64,000 bases of DNA from Takakia lepidozioides. Its lineage: Eukaryota > Plantae > Bryophyta. Location: contig CM060731.1 of the NCBI GenBank assembly GCA_030704615.1, forward strand, positions 11,532,001-11,596,000, written 5' to 3'. Position 1 is the stretch's first letter. Every line of letters begins with the position of its first letter. Positions 23,600-37,111 of the stretch are shown one piece after another. A program made the translations under genes and the position numbers. The notes below the pieces were generated by a model, which saw only the letters and a program-made list of their open reading frames with translations, did not search any database and had not been told where the DNA came from.

Positions 23600-26543
23600 C
23601 CCTTGAGCCTCCTCGTCAACGTCGCAAACGAGACAAAGGTGACATCAATAGAAAGTTCCAGGAGGTCTGGTCAACCAAAGCACCATAGGTTGAGGCAGTG
23701 TTGGACGATGAGGGTATTGTTACTGCTATCAAGTGTCGTGTGTGCTCTAAATTTGCCAAGAAAGAGAAGTTGCAGCTTGTGCTGAAATGGGACTCACTTG
23801 ATAAACATGGCGGCAAAAGAAGAATCCCTGATGGGTCTTCTCATGTGGACACCACATGTCTGTATGCTGAGAATGAGAGAAAAATTGCTATTATGAATCG
23901 CCCTTCTGTTGTAAAACAGGTTTAGAGAGGTTTGTTGATTGAGAAAAAAAGAAAATTCACCCAGTTTACAACTCAGGGGATCCACTTCCAAAAATTACCA
24001 CCTAACGTGCAAAAAAATATAGGGTGTCATATATTCTCTACAAGTAAAAATTAGAACATTTTCAGAGTAATATTGGGTATGAGAAATATAGGCGGGAGCC
24101 TTTAAACAATATAGGGTAGAGGCTCCAATTATATTTTATAGAATTATTCATAGGGTGGAGGTATTTTTGAGACACGTGTCAAGTATCATAGGGTGTAAGC
24201 ATGGTAGAGGTAGGCCAAAAATACTATCGCATATTCATAGACTGTGGTCTTCAAATTACTACTAGAGTGAAATTTAGTCTTATATTGAACTTCTTCTAGG
24301 AGAGAAGGATGATGTTGTAAGGAAAACAGACCAGTTTTCCAATCTTCAAATGGATGTGTAACTATGACTTACGATAGAGGTCAGAATGTATACACCCTCG
24401 TTGATGTCGATAGTGTCGCTCTAGATGAGTTTGTTTCTAGCAAGCAATGATATGTAAAATGCAAAGGCGAAGTGGCTCTTAGTTACGCCGGGTTCGGCCA
24501 GAGTCCCCCCTCTCTCTCTCTCTCTCTAAAATGCAAGTTTGTATGGGAATGTAAAACACAAGTTTTTGCATTCGAAATTATTTTATTTTATTTTATTAAT
24601 ATAACATATCAAATATTCATGGTTGCTGCTGAATATTGAAAAAATAGCCTACTCAAAAATGTTGTATATTAGAAAATTATATAATTATAGGGTGTAGAAA
24701 AAACAACAAAATTTAAATTGAAACCCCCCAGGAAAATACCCTTTTATCTCACGTGTACTCTACCAAAATGATAAGGAATGATCCGTTTACAATTATTTTC
24801 CTGCTCTTGAGTAAAGATGGACCGATATCTTATTATAAGGACTTAAAGTTCTTGTTTGATATTTGCAAGTGAAGTCCACCCCAAAGAAGCATTGGAGTGG
24901 GGGTGCTAATTGGCAGATTGCTGAGTCTATTCACCAGCAAGTCTTGACGGTTATGATTGAAACCATGAAGAAAGCAAACTATATGGCATTAACAGCTGAT
25001 GAAGTCACCACATGCAACAGACAATCAAAGGTGGGCTTCTGTACATGGGTATGTTGTGCAAGATTGATCCAGGATCCCCATCTTGCTAAGTGTGGAGCAT
25101 GTTGTTGATGACAACATTGCAGACAACCTAACTCATGTTGTTATGAACGCTCTACACATTGGAGAGTGGTGTGAGCAGTGCTGATAGCCCTACTAGACTT
25201 GTAAGGAGTTGACGGGGTTGCTACATTTCTAGGCGTACGAAACGGAGTGACAGTGCAGATCCAAAAGAACAATGCACCTCTTTGCACTAGCATGCATTGC
25301 GTTGCGCATCGCACAAATCTTATAGTTCAGGCCTTGTCAGATATGGCTGTCATGTACAGGCTAGAGGAGCTTTTGCAAGGTTTGTATGGGTAAGTCTTTT
25401 GCAAGTCCCCAAAGAGACATCTTGAACTCTGCAAATTAGCTGAGATCATGGAAACAATAGGTAATAAAATTCTACGCAACATCAAAACTCGTTGGATTTC
25501 AATGCTTAATCAAGCGAAGAGGGTGTTGGTCGAGTACAGGCCTCTACTTATGAAGATGTATGATGATTCACGGAAGGAGGTAGCTGCTTTCAAAAATCTT
25601 GAGCTGCTATGTGATGTTGAGGTTGTGTTGTCCCTTTGCTGCCTTATGCCATTACTGGAGTGTATACATTCTCTCAGGGTCAAGTTCGCACAACTCAGAG
25701 ATGTGCTCGTCTACGATTTCGTGGCTGCCGTGAAAATATGTGAGGCTGATGTGTATAGGATGTATGTGAATGTCATGCAACCGCATTCATTGGTGATATT
25801 CTCACTCAGTTCAATGCATTGCTTGAAACTCGAGATGACTGACTTGAATACTGGAATAATCAACTACTTAGGGTTTGACTTCAATGGGAAACATATCCGA
25901 GAAAGTTGTTATGTCACTCAAGATACCTATGATAGAGCCATTGTTCTTGTGAAGGCACAAGGAAAGCTTGCAGCACAGTGGCTGATTGAGGAGCTTGAAG
26001 CTCGCTTTCCTGCTCAAGCTTTGATGGATGCTCATGGAATAATTTTATCCCCAATATTGGTTGAATAGGGACCCCGAGGCGACTTTCACAACTCATTTGA
26101 ATACCATCAATGCACCTTATTGTGGCCCCAAGAGGATGGGAGCAACGTAATACTAGTGGATTGTGAGTCCGGGGCTCTGATATGCAATGGTCTACCTTCA
26201 TTTTGACAATGCAGAACAATGCTAGAGTTGCCAGGGCTCCCCCCCCACGATGTGAATCCCTAATCAAGTTATGAAGGATGTTGACAGCTTGCCAGATTGT
26301 GGTACACAGAATTATAGAATATATCAAACTTGTGCAGGTGATTGGATCTGTGGAGGATCAACGCACCTTTAATACACTGAGTTTTATGAAATCCAAGCTT
26401 CGCAATAGGCTTACTTCACATTTAGATTTGGTTATCCGTATGTTTCTCTCAACAATTTTACTCACTTGACACCTTTCCCTTTTGCTACTGCCTGCATTGA
26501 GCATTGGAGGGCAACTCGTGTGCGCAAGGGATTAGATGCTTAA
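23600..26543 (+). pseudogene. Decayed hAT (ZNF862/DUF4371-type) transposase
   Basis: Fragments RKFQEVW...IKCRVC...WDSLDKH, ALTADEVT, HCVAHRTNL, NIKTRWISML, GSVEDQRTFNTLSFMKSKLRNRL (hAT dimerisation region). Many stops and frameshifts; split by an insertion at 23972-24784. Confidence 0.85.
23972..24784. mobile_element. 813-bp non-autonomous insertion with an 8-bp TSD
   Basis: Direct repeat GTTTACAA at 23964-23971 and 24785-24792; removing the insert restores the transposase frame KFTQFTIIFLLLSKDG. Confidence 0.8.
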
Positions 26544-28292
26544 GTGTAATTGCAGACGTAAGGGGACTTAATGTCTTGCCACAAATAACTCAATGACAGA
26601 TCTGGGTTATGCCTCGTTTTTGGAATTTCTTGTCAGTGTTGATGTCATGTATATGATCATTTGTTGTGATTCCATCACTCTTTTGCTTTGGTCTACAATT
26701 CTAACCCCGCTCCCACAGACTTACCTGTGACACACTATCGCTTCAAACAAGTTGTTGATCTTGGACCAGATTATGTGATATAATTGTGCCTTGGGGAAGT
26801 CACTCCACTATATAGTTTAGGGAATCACGTGCGATAAAGAGGTATTTTCTATCCCAGGGTATTACTTTTTTCTCCCATTTTTTCATCCACCCTATAATTA
26901 TTTAATTTTATAAGATACATAATTATCTGGTAGGCATTTTTTTTTATTTGACTGTAATCATCAAATATTTGATACCCTATATTAACATAAAAATAAAACA
27001 AATTTTTCTTAGAGTGCAAAATATTTTATTGTTCAAAGCTCTAATGCATCTATCAAACGAATGAGAAAAACTGTTACCTAATTTAAGTGTAGTGAAAAAA
27101 TATTTCTCAGGTGAGAGAGGGAGGTACCTTACAGCAAGTAAATAAAGCAGTGCTTCCAGCAACACAATGAGGTCAGCAACTAGCATAGCAAAACTCTTGA
27201 ATCAGAGAAGAAGACAAAGTGAGAAGAAAATATAGCAACCCTAAACCAAAACGTATCAGGCTCCCTAAACTAAGTCCTCTCATCCAAGCCGAGTCCAAGT
27301 CCCGTCATCCAAGTCCAATTAGTCATTTATGAAGTCTCAATACAAATATACCATAGAATGAACGACATATGTCCCTCGCCAATGTGACACCCATATATTA
27401 GTTTCAAAATATATACAATTGGAACATATCTATTCATAACCCTATTTTTACTTGAATACGATATACACAAATAAGGACACCCAATTTTATTTCTAAAAAT
27501 ATTGTATATTTTATCTTCAAAAAATATATATTACCATATATAGGCTTGGACGAAGGTGTATTCTTTTACTCAAGGAAAGAACCATCAAACCTTCGTGATG
27601 CTGAGGGTGATTCTCCTCACGATGAACCCAGGCTGTTATTGCTGCCCAAAACGGTCGCGTCATTTTTCATCCACGAAGTAATTTCTGTGGATGAAGTTGG
27701 ATGAACATGCGGTCTAAATGAAATATGTAGGCGCCCTTGTCTTGTACCTGCTCCAACGAAAACCATAAATGCAACTACTCACGTGTCGGTCGGAAGGCGT
27801 TTCAAAAAATGTCCAACCCAGAAATTTGCTCTCAATCAAATTTTTTTTTTACAGTGTACTTTACATTGTGGCAAAGCATAGACTAACCTTAAAGAATATG
27901 GATTCCAAGTACAATTTATAGACAATTTAGGAGCCTTGGTTCACTACAACAAATTGGGGAAATCTCTCCCTCCCCCCCCCCCCCCCAAATTCACATACAA
28001 AGCACCCCCCCTAAATGTTACGTCTTTCACTGTCAAATTTTCAGAGAACACCTTCTATGTGCCCCTAATTGTGATTCTATAGGGCATTCGCCCAAGACAA
28101 ATATGGATATTGGAAATTTTCCATGGTCAAACCATTTTTTATCATGCAATTTTTATTTTTATTTTTATTTTTTTTGTTATAATCTCTCATTTGCAACGGT
28201 CAAACCTGCGTTAGTGGGGATAGGGTTGTAAGGTTCATCCAAGTGGATGGATGGGGGTAGGAAGATATTGCTAGGTTAGCCAAGGTATATAC

Positions 28293-30293
28293 TAGTGTTG
28301 GGCGGTTCTCTGATTTTGGGTGAAAGAACCGCTAGTTCCGGGCCCGGGTATATACCCCCTTAACCCGGGGTATGAAAAACTCAAATAACCTAGTCAGGTT
28401 TGAACCGGCGGATACCAAAATCCATTTATCCGGGAACTTCACTGAACCGGGGGTTCTCTAATGGCTATTTTCCATAAGAACCTGACCTACGTGTTGGAAT
28501 GAGAGGGGAGGGTAAAGGTAACTGCACCTGATACATACTTCCAGTATCATCAGCTAAGTCCAAGTGCAATCCCCCTATGTATCGAGAGACCCTGCAGTTT
28601 GGGAGATCTAGGGTAGCATGTGCCATTGGCCGATATGTGAAGAATTGAAATCTAAGCCTGTGCCGTTGGCCCAAGTATCCAGTGTCATGTAAGTCCAAGT
28701 GCAATCCCCTATGTATCCAAGTGCGTCTCCTTATATGTCGAGGTCCATGTGTGAAGAATAATATATCCAAGTACGACCTCTAGGGTAGCCCTAGATGTTG
28801 GCCCAAGTGCAATGCCCTATGTATCCAAGTGCGTCTCATATGTCGAGGCCCATGTGTGAAGAATTGAATAAGCCCAAGTACAATCTCCTATGTATCTAAG
28901 TGCTTCTCCCATGTGGAGGCCCAAGTGCGACCTCCAATGTCCAATGTCATATAAGTCCAAGTGCAATCCCCTATGCATCCAAAGACCTTGTAGTTTGGGA
29001 GTTCTCCACGTCATTGTTTCAACAAAGCCCATTTTGCTATTTTTGCAATCTCCCATGTTGAGGCTTCATATATTGATATATCCACTTTGCTATTTTTCGG
29101 AAATTTCCAGCGACCAAAAGTACTTGAAATTCCAAATCTCCCACATAAAGGGCCAATCACTGCTCCAGGAAAACCCACTTTGCTATTTTTTTCCCGAATT
29201 TCCAGCAACCCAAAGTACTCAAAATTCTACATCTACCACACCGCGGGTCCAAAAATCATGAGACCAAACCGGTGCACCCCTCCTCATCGAAGGCTTTCCT
29301 ATGGCACCAAGCACCATGGGCTGGGCCCCGCGGTTTGGGAGATCTCAACGACGCTACAAAACAAAACAAAACAAACGTCTCGCTTCATATATTGACTAGG
29401 GTAGCCTGTGCCGTAGGCCCAAGTGTCCCAAGTGTCATCTAAGTCCAAGTGCAATCCCGTTGGTATCTAGGGACCCTACAGTTTGGGAGATTCTAGGGTA
29501 GCATGTGTCATTGGCCCATATGTGACGAATTGCAATCTAAGCTGTATCCAAGTGTTTCTCCCATGTAGAGGCCCAAGCGTGACCTCCAGTGTCCACTTCA
29601 ATCCCCTGTGTATCCAAAGACCTACAGTTTGGGAGATCTCTATGACGTCATTGCCCACTTTGCTATTACAATCTCCCCTGTCGAGGCTTCATATATTAAT
29701 ATATCCACTTTGCTATTTTTTGCGAATTCCAGCGACCCAAAGTACTCCAAATTTCACATCCCCCCCCCCTCGGATCCAAAAATCATGAGACCAAGCCGGT
29801 GCACCCCTCCTCATCGGGGGCTTTCCAACGGCACCAAACACCAGGGCCGGGCCCCTGCGGTTTGGGAGATCTCAACGACGCTACAAAACAAAACAAACTA
29901 GCTTGGACCTTCATATATTGACTAGGGCCCAAGTGTCTAGTGTGGGGTTGGATTTTCTCTCATACCTGCACATTTTCTATTTATTTTGTTTATAACAACT
30001 TTTTGAATTCAGAACCAAGAGGGAACCGGGTCATCTATCGGTTCCCTATAAAGTTCTCTACCCATATACCTGAGTATATGGGTAGAGATGTACCGGATGT
30101 ACTGGATGTGGCGGGCAATTGCATGAAATAACCGGTATAGAACATACCCGTGATAATGTAACTCAGAGATCTACCCTGCACCGCAAATTCTGTTCCTCTC
30201 CATATTTTGAAAAACCCGGCCTCTTTTTTTACCTTCTACAAGATAAACCTACCCTGCAGGTTCTACCCAAAACCAGAGACCCACCCAACACTC
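28293..30293. mobile_element. hAT-type non-autonomous element A
   Basis: Ends TAGTGTTGGGCGGTTCTCTG ... CAGAGACCCACCCAACACTC; 8-bp TSD GTATATAC at 28285-28292 and 30294-30301. Confidence 0.8.
28520..29940 (-). mobile_element. Tandem array of non-autonomous Helitron-like units inside element A
   Basis: Two near-identical ~300-bp blocks ending ...ACAAAACAAAACAAAC...TTCATATATTGA|CTAGGG (junctions 29395/29396 and 29921/29922). On the minus strand this reads ...hairpin-CTAG|TCAATATATG, i.e. Helitron 3' CTAG abutting 5' TC. Internal GGCCCAAGT/CCAAGTGCAATCCC sub-repeats. Confidence 0.5.
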
Positions 30294-30301
30294 GTATATA
30301 C

Positions 30302-31954
30302 CAGTGTTGGGAGGATATATTCATTTTTCCTACCCTCAGGGTAAGGTTATAATGTATTTTTTGAAAATATACCCTCCGAGTAAGTATATATATAAATTTT
30401 TGGTAAACATTTACCGTCAGGGTAAGGGTATTGAGTGCCACATATACCATAAGGGTCAGGGTAATTGTAGGATAATGGTACCATTTTTATATCCTCTTGA
30501 TATCCCAGAGTAATTATAAAGGGTTAATTTATTTATTTATTTAATTGTGAATTATATTAAATACTTAGAATAAAGCATTTCAACTGTATAACATCCTTTA
30601 ACGGGCTATGGCTTTTATTTTGAAAAAATAAAATATTTTTGTTTACTTTTTATGTGGCTTATGAATAGAAATTTTCTAGCCCTCATTTATGCTCCTCTAG
30701 TCATTGGCCCTAAAATATAATAACAAAACAACACATTTGATCATAATGAGGTCCAAAATCACCAATGCTTGAAGCATACGCTTTGCACGATAGAGAGAAT
30801 GGCGGGGACAGAGGAATGCCCTCTCTACTAGCAAATACCACACCTAAACCTAAACCCCTAGTAATCAAATTATTATACCCTTCCATATCACCCCGCCATT
30901 GAACAGATTTACCCTCAAAGTAAGGGTATCCGTCAAAATTTCAAACCCCAGGGTATAATCCATTAAGGGTATAACAAAAATAATTACCCCTGACAAGGGT
31001 AGGATAAGGGTATTTTGGAATTTTCAGGGTAGGGTATATCCATATACCCTTACTGGGTTTTATCCTCAGGGTATAATGGCAAAAAAAAGGTATCCTCCAG
31101 TGTTGGGCGGTTACCCGCCGGGACCCAGGTTAACCGCCGGTTCAAGTTCAGGTTAACCAGAACCGGCCCATTCCTCCAGAACCTGACCTGGAACCGAAAC
31201 CTGCCAATGGGGATCGGCGCAGAACCGAACAGGCGGTTCCTGCTGGGTGTGAGAACCGGAGAACCGGGCGCATGGGGATAAAAACAGGTTCCGGTTCCGG
31301 TTTTTGAACCCTTGGTGGGCCCTTGGCATAACATGGCATAACCCTCGAGAGCCGGTGGCCCCATGGCAAAACTTCTTTAATGCTCTCAAGCTCCATGAGA
31401 TCATGGGTTCAATGCTTGAAGGCCATGAGATTCTATGTTCAATGCTTTAGCGCCATGAGATCTTGGGTTCAATCTCCAGCTCCATGATATACTGGCTAAG
31501 TTCATTAATCAAAATGTTAGAAGATGCCAATACCTGCCAGATGGCTGAATAGCAATTTCAACCCATAAAATTTTACCCATTTTCTTCTACCAGTTTATTT
31601 GCAGTATTATTTTATTTTTATTTATTTTTAAAATCGTTAGTTCAAATATGTGAATACACTGCTATTTAATCTGCCGGGCCGATAAAATATTTTAAATTAA
31701 ATTAAATTAAACAAATATATAATTAAAATAGAACCGGATACTAACCTGGAACCGGTGGTTTTTATCAGCAACTAACCGGTAACCGGAACTGCCCCCATGT
31801 TTAAAAGTTGGATCCGGAACCGGACCGGAACCGGCTCAATAAACAAAAACCGGAACCGGATCCGGAACCGTCTCTTGAAATAATTGTGGAACCGGAACCG
31901 AATGTTCCTTCACAAATGCAAGAACCGCCCAACACTGGTATCCTCCCAATAGTG
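30302..31954. mobile_element. hAT-type non-autonomous element B
   Basis: Ends CAGTGTTGGGAGGATA ... GTATCCTCCCAATAGTG; TSD GTATATAC at 30294-30301 and 31955-31962; ACCCT/AGGGT subterminal motifs. Confidence 0.8.
31098..31937. mobile_element. hAT-type MITE C nested in the right TIR of element B
   Basis: TIRs CAGTGTTGGGCGGTT / AACCGCCCAACACTG; 8-bp TSD GTATCCTC at 31090-31097 and 31938-31945; dense GAACCG subterminal repeats. Confidence 0.9.
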
Positions 31955-32690
31955 GTATATACTATTTTTTTGCAAAAGTGAAAAAGGTTAGCTGGTCATT
32001 TAGGGTTAACATTGAAGGAGATTTCACCAAGCCCTAGGAAACATATATACGAAAGCATCCCTAGGCACACATCATACCCTACAACTAGGCATGTGTAGGT
32101 GTCGAATGTAGGCATAGCTTATATCCATAACGAACATCATTATCACTAATGTGGCCTTTGCCATTGAACACATATTGTACCATCATTTTATTAAGTATTA
32201 AACTCAATTTTAACTAATTCCGAACTTTGAAGAAGTCCGGATTTAATGAAAATACAGATCTATTTACTAAATACATAATAAAATGTAATACATATACACC
32301 TATATATAATAATATCATTTTAATTTAAGTATCTAAACTAATACTGAAAACCATTTTTATATTCAATTTCCACTTTGAATGTGAATACAAACTTGTTCAT
32401 ATCACTCTTTTGTAGAAAACATCACTACAATTTTAGTTTTTTCCACTTTGAGTGTCTCCGCCCCCATGGTGAGTCCTATGCCACCCCCACTAAGTCCCAC
32501 TAAGTCCCACTAAGCTACCACCACCCCTTGTGGAGCCACCCCACGAAAGATATTGGCATCAACGCATTGTCGTTTATATATGGATTTATCGACTTCAGGA
32601 TTGAACTCAAAGTATTGATTCCCGAAGTACCATGGAGCCACTGGTGAACAACAATTTAGAAAATTAAATAATTAAAAAAAAGAATTGTCA

Positions 32691-35393
32691 TCATCGCCGA
32701 AATATTTTTGGCGTACCAAGATAATCAGGTTGAAGAAGGCGAGGGTGACGAATAGATGGATCAACATATCTCCCGAACCAAGACCAATGCTGATGGTCAC
32801 GTATGATGGAAGGTCGTGTTCTCTTTACACAGTTTTCACTGACATAGTCCACCACACTAGAGGCTCCAATCATCTTGTGCATGAACGGCCAAACTGTCAT
32901 TACCATATCACTCACGTTTTGGTCCATAGAGGCATTTTTTTCTGAAGATAAAACCTTGAAAGGAAGAGGGAAAAACCTTGTATTCTCTGGGTTCCTTAGT
33001 GCTTTGGAAGGCTCATCATCAACTAAGAGAATCTGACCTTGTTTTGCGAATGGCTTGTCTGCAAACTTTATTAAAACTTTGTCAATATCTTTGAGCACGT
33101 ACTTCATTTCATACTTGATATAGCCAGACGTAATTGTACAGTGCTCAGCCGACCAAATGAAACAAAATTGTTTCATGATCTCCGGTGGAACAAAAACCTC
33201 CAGCATTCTGAAAAGAACATCTTTTTGGGCGCATGACCAAATAGCGACATAAAAATTTGTCGTCAACAACTTCAAAAATTCAATCACACCTGGACGAGGA
33301 ATTACAAATGGTGTCTCTGGCACTTGAAGTTTTATGCGTCGTCCGGGATATTTAGCTCTCAACAACTCCAACCCACTTGGAGGGGGTCTGAAGCACAAAA
33401 GACCGTTGACGCTTAATATGACAGGCATTCGTTTTTTCTGACCCGAGATGATTTGGGTGTTTACGCTCTTAGAGGCGGTCACCTAGAAATAAAAATGAAA
33501 TATCATTAGTACTGCCAAAGAACAGAACATAAAATAAAAATTCACAAAAGAAAGATCACTTCGGACCATATGTCGAAGTGCATTGGGTATCTTTAAGAGA
33601 GAGGCCCCATTGGCTAGTAACATAGTTCATCTTCTGGCAACAACATCAAAGGACATAACCAGTGCAACGCCGAAAAGAAAAGAACTCATATTCTTCAACA
33701 AAACATATAAAGATAACAAGAAATGAGAATAATGCGAAAATATTTGATACCATTTCAGGCAAATCGCTTAAAGACTTTTTTTTTAGGCTTTGTGAGTCTT
33801 TTTGAGTCTTTTTGCATATTGGGAGCTGCAATGAGGACGACAAATCAGCTTCTCGACCTCCATCAGCGATCAAACACTTCAATTTTGATCTTGGAGAAAT
33901 ATGCCATTTATCTTGAGAAATATCCGTTTTCTCACTTGCATTCGATGACTCGGATCCTGTCGATCTACGAACCGAATTGGAGAATCTTTGAATGGAGATT
34001 CCACTAGTATTTTTTGTTGCGGACCTCACTTTGCATGGTATTTCTCAGATTGAGAGGATGTTGTAACAAAAGAGCTTTCGTTATATAGATCTGAAGTTAT
34101 CCCTCTTGAGACTTCAAAACAATCAGACGAATGCTCGGACATGCTCGGCTCAACTGAAACATATACAAGGTCCTGCTCGCAAAATGAAGTTTTAGTACAT
34201 TTACCAAAAACATAATGAACAAACATAAAATCACATTACGTATGTTATAATAGTAACTTACCTTCGCTTCTCGTACTCTCGGCTCTGAGAGATCCATAAA
34301 CTTCCCTTGCCTCGCCAAAAAATGTGGATTTATCCATTCTAAAATACTACATTTTGGACTTCCAGCGGTTCCGAAAGATCCGTGAGTTGTCCCTGCCTTG
34401 CCAGGAAGTGTGGATTGATCCACTCCAAAATACTACGTTTTGGACTCGCAGCTATCGGTAATTCAGATGATGCATCTCCACAGGGCAATTCAGATTGGGG
34501 TGGAATACTCTCCATTATACGTCGTCTTCATGCACATGGATCCATTCTTGTATGTCCCAATATCTGATAGAACAAAAATAAAGATACATTCTTAACCATG
34601 ACATCCAACCAATTCATATGAATGGGGATCATGGATAAAACAAAATTCCAAATATACCTCTCTCTCCGAGATCCGTGGTTGATTGTAAGAAGCAGATATA
34701 ACATCGGTATCTTGAATTGAGCCAATCATTGACAATTGCAGAAGACCGGTGCTACAGTTCAGGTCCATCTGTATAGCTTCCAAATTAGCTGATTCCAGTT
34801 GCGGAGCAATCTGTGAAAATGCATGAACACTTAATGTCAAAGAAAAAAACACAAATAGGATACTTTGCACCTCATGCCAAAGTGAAATGAAGTGAAGTGA
34901 AGATAATGATTGAGATGAGGCATGCATACAAATCATTGAATCACATTCGTAATTTTGATAGGTTGATTGCAAAAAAATGGGAATGAATGTCAGGAACGAA
35001 CTTACAATATCGAAAACTTGGTGTAACTGACTAGGTGAAATATGAGGACGGCGGTCAAAATTTACAAGTCAACTGGTTTTTTTCTTAGAGAAGATAATAT
35101 GGGCATTGCTATATGTACTTAAGGTCTTGCCATGCTTTGTGGAACAAGTCCCTACTAATGGTACATTGATTGAGAAGTAAGGACTTCGAAACAGAGGCCG
35201 AAGCGACCTCAAGTATAATAAAAAGAGAAATGTTTTGGAGAGTGGTTAGGCTTAATACCTCCATGCCCACTACAGTAGCCATTTCATGCGGAAGTATATG
35301 AGCTTGAAAGCTTTGGTTGTCCATATCTGTAATATGATAACAATTGTCTTGTGTGATAGTTGGGTCCGAATTATCCTTCACCTCCTCGATGGC
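32691..35393 (-). pseudogene. Multi-exon gene ending in an FCP1/NIF-like HAD phosphatase domain (copy A)
   Basis: Terminal exon 33482-32691 follows an AG acceptor and reads VILSVNGLLC, IPRPGVIEFL...VAIWS, KDIDKV, LLVDDEPSKALRNP. Upstream exon-like segments (~34170-33750, 34564-34262, 34812-34594, 35393-35260) have splice signals but contain disruptions. Confidence 0.65.
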
Positions 35394-36132
35394 CTGCATA
35401 CAGTCAAGGATACACACCTAAAACTAACACCATAAAATCTAGAAGATATGTCAAAGATTATGAAGAGACATGGAATGTTTAAATCATTAAATGAATGTGA
35501 AATGCAAGACATGGATGATGGTACCAGTGTATTGTCGATGTGGACATGAGTTTGTGGTAACACATTTGATGAACCCATTCTTTTTCATCTCCAATTGATG
35601 GATAAGAAAATTGAGCCAATGTTTTCTCCATAAGCACATTGGAGTCGACTTGAATGCAGTAAGCATCCTCAATGGTGCAACAAAGAGAGACAGTGTCTAG
35701 CTGAAGACTAATATTCGAAGGAGTCGGAATCCGTTCAACAATGTTGTGTTGTGCGACGAAATGCTCCAGAGATTGAATGAATGTTGATTCGATTGCAGTT
35801 GGAGTGCTATCAATTGCAGGCTGACAAGATCCAATGGAAAGAAACGAGGGACCAAATCAATAGCAATTGTGAAATATGATGTCAAAAATATCCATCAAGT
35901 GATTAATGCCACACACAAGTAAGGGAACCCTATTACTTCGGAGATGAGACATTTCAATGGAGTAAATTATATGAATATTTGTAATCTATATATGCATCAA
36001 TAGTTTGGTGTTCGAAAACATCATATTTTAACATCATTAGTAACCAAAGAATCAAAGATAAAAATAAATAAAAAATGTACACGATAAAGAAGAACAAAGA
36101 TGAAATTTATTTGATATTCATAAATACTATCA

Positions 36133-36867
36133 TCAACGACTTTTCTTGTACGCATTCTTATCAAGATAGTTCATCAGTTTTCGAAACTTTGGATCCTCCA
36201 TATTCTCTTGTGGAGCCCCGAATCTCTCCGAACCAACATATGTGGCCACGGATGTTGCTCGCGACAATCCGAGGAGATATTTCTCAAGCTTCTTCAATAA
36301 ACATTTGTCCTTTGCAATTGTTTCAAAGGTCGGAGGGTAAATGCATGACCACGTGGGATTGACAACACACTTTGTTGGACTATCATCAACAAGGAGAGTA
36401 TTGACCTCATCATATCGACCTGGGTACTTCTCCCACACTTTCCTAAGAGGCTTAAGAAACATAGATGGATGATCTGTTTGATTTTGTCTTGCCTTGTATT
36501 GAGGATCAGTATTTGGGGGGTAGACTATGCAGTCGTTCTGAGTCATAACAAAAACAGGTTGTGGCAGACCTTCAAAAAGTTTCTTAATAATAGGCATGAG
36601 GTTTCGGAGCATCATGCAACTCCAGATAGCTAGATCAAATGAACCACTTAATGAACGCCAGACTTGATCATAACGTTCACGTCGGTAGACCAATTTCTTG
36701 CCAATAACTAAGGGCTGTTTGAAATGTTTGCTTGCACTGGAATGTTCCTTCACAACAATACCCTCATCAATTCTCTCTGTGCTGCAAAGCACACCGTTCA
36801 GGTCAAATATAATCAACATTCGTTTTTGGACACTCTGTATCTCGTCAAGAGGTCGTTGAGGCTCATT
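36133..36867 (-). CDS. FCP1/NIF-like HAD phosphatase domain exon (copy B)
   Basis: LIIFDLNGVLC, LAIWS, FLKPLRKVW, NTLLVDDSPTKCVVNP. The open frame extends up to an AG acceptor at 36869-36868, suggesting the terminal exon of a spliced gene. Confidence 0.75.
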   Translation of the reverse strand, partial: NEPQRPLDEIQSVQKRMLIIFDLNGVLCSTERIDEGIVVKEHSSASKHFKQPLVIGKKLVYRRERYDQVWRSLSGSFDLAIWSCMMLRNLMPIIKKLFEGLPQPVFVMTQNDCIVYPPNTDPQYKARQNQTDHPSMFLKPLRKVWEKYPGRYDEVNTLLVDDSPTKCVVNPTWSCIYPPTFETIAKDKCLLKKLEKYLLGLSRATSVATYVGSERFGAPQENMEDPKFRKLMNYLDKNAYKKSR

Positions 36868-37111
36868 CTGGTGAAATCAGAGAGTTGCAACCCCAAAACA
36901 AACGAGTTAGCAAGAAGATACACAATTATTGTAATAACCATTCAATAATACGAAGGCAACTAAGCACAATTATTTATACCGTACATATACACACATGGTT
37001 CTGGCTCCGAAATCAAAGATCCACAACATAATATAATGTTCTTGACTCTTTGGGGCCAATGGACAAAGGGGTTATAGTTTTGGGTCTCAGGGCAACAATT
37101 GGCCCACAAAA

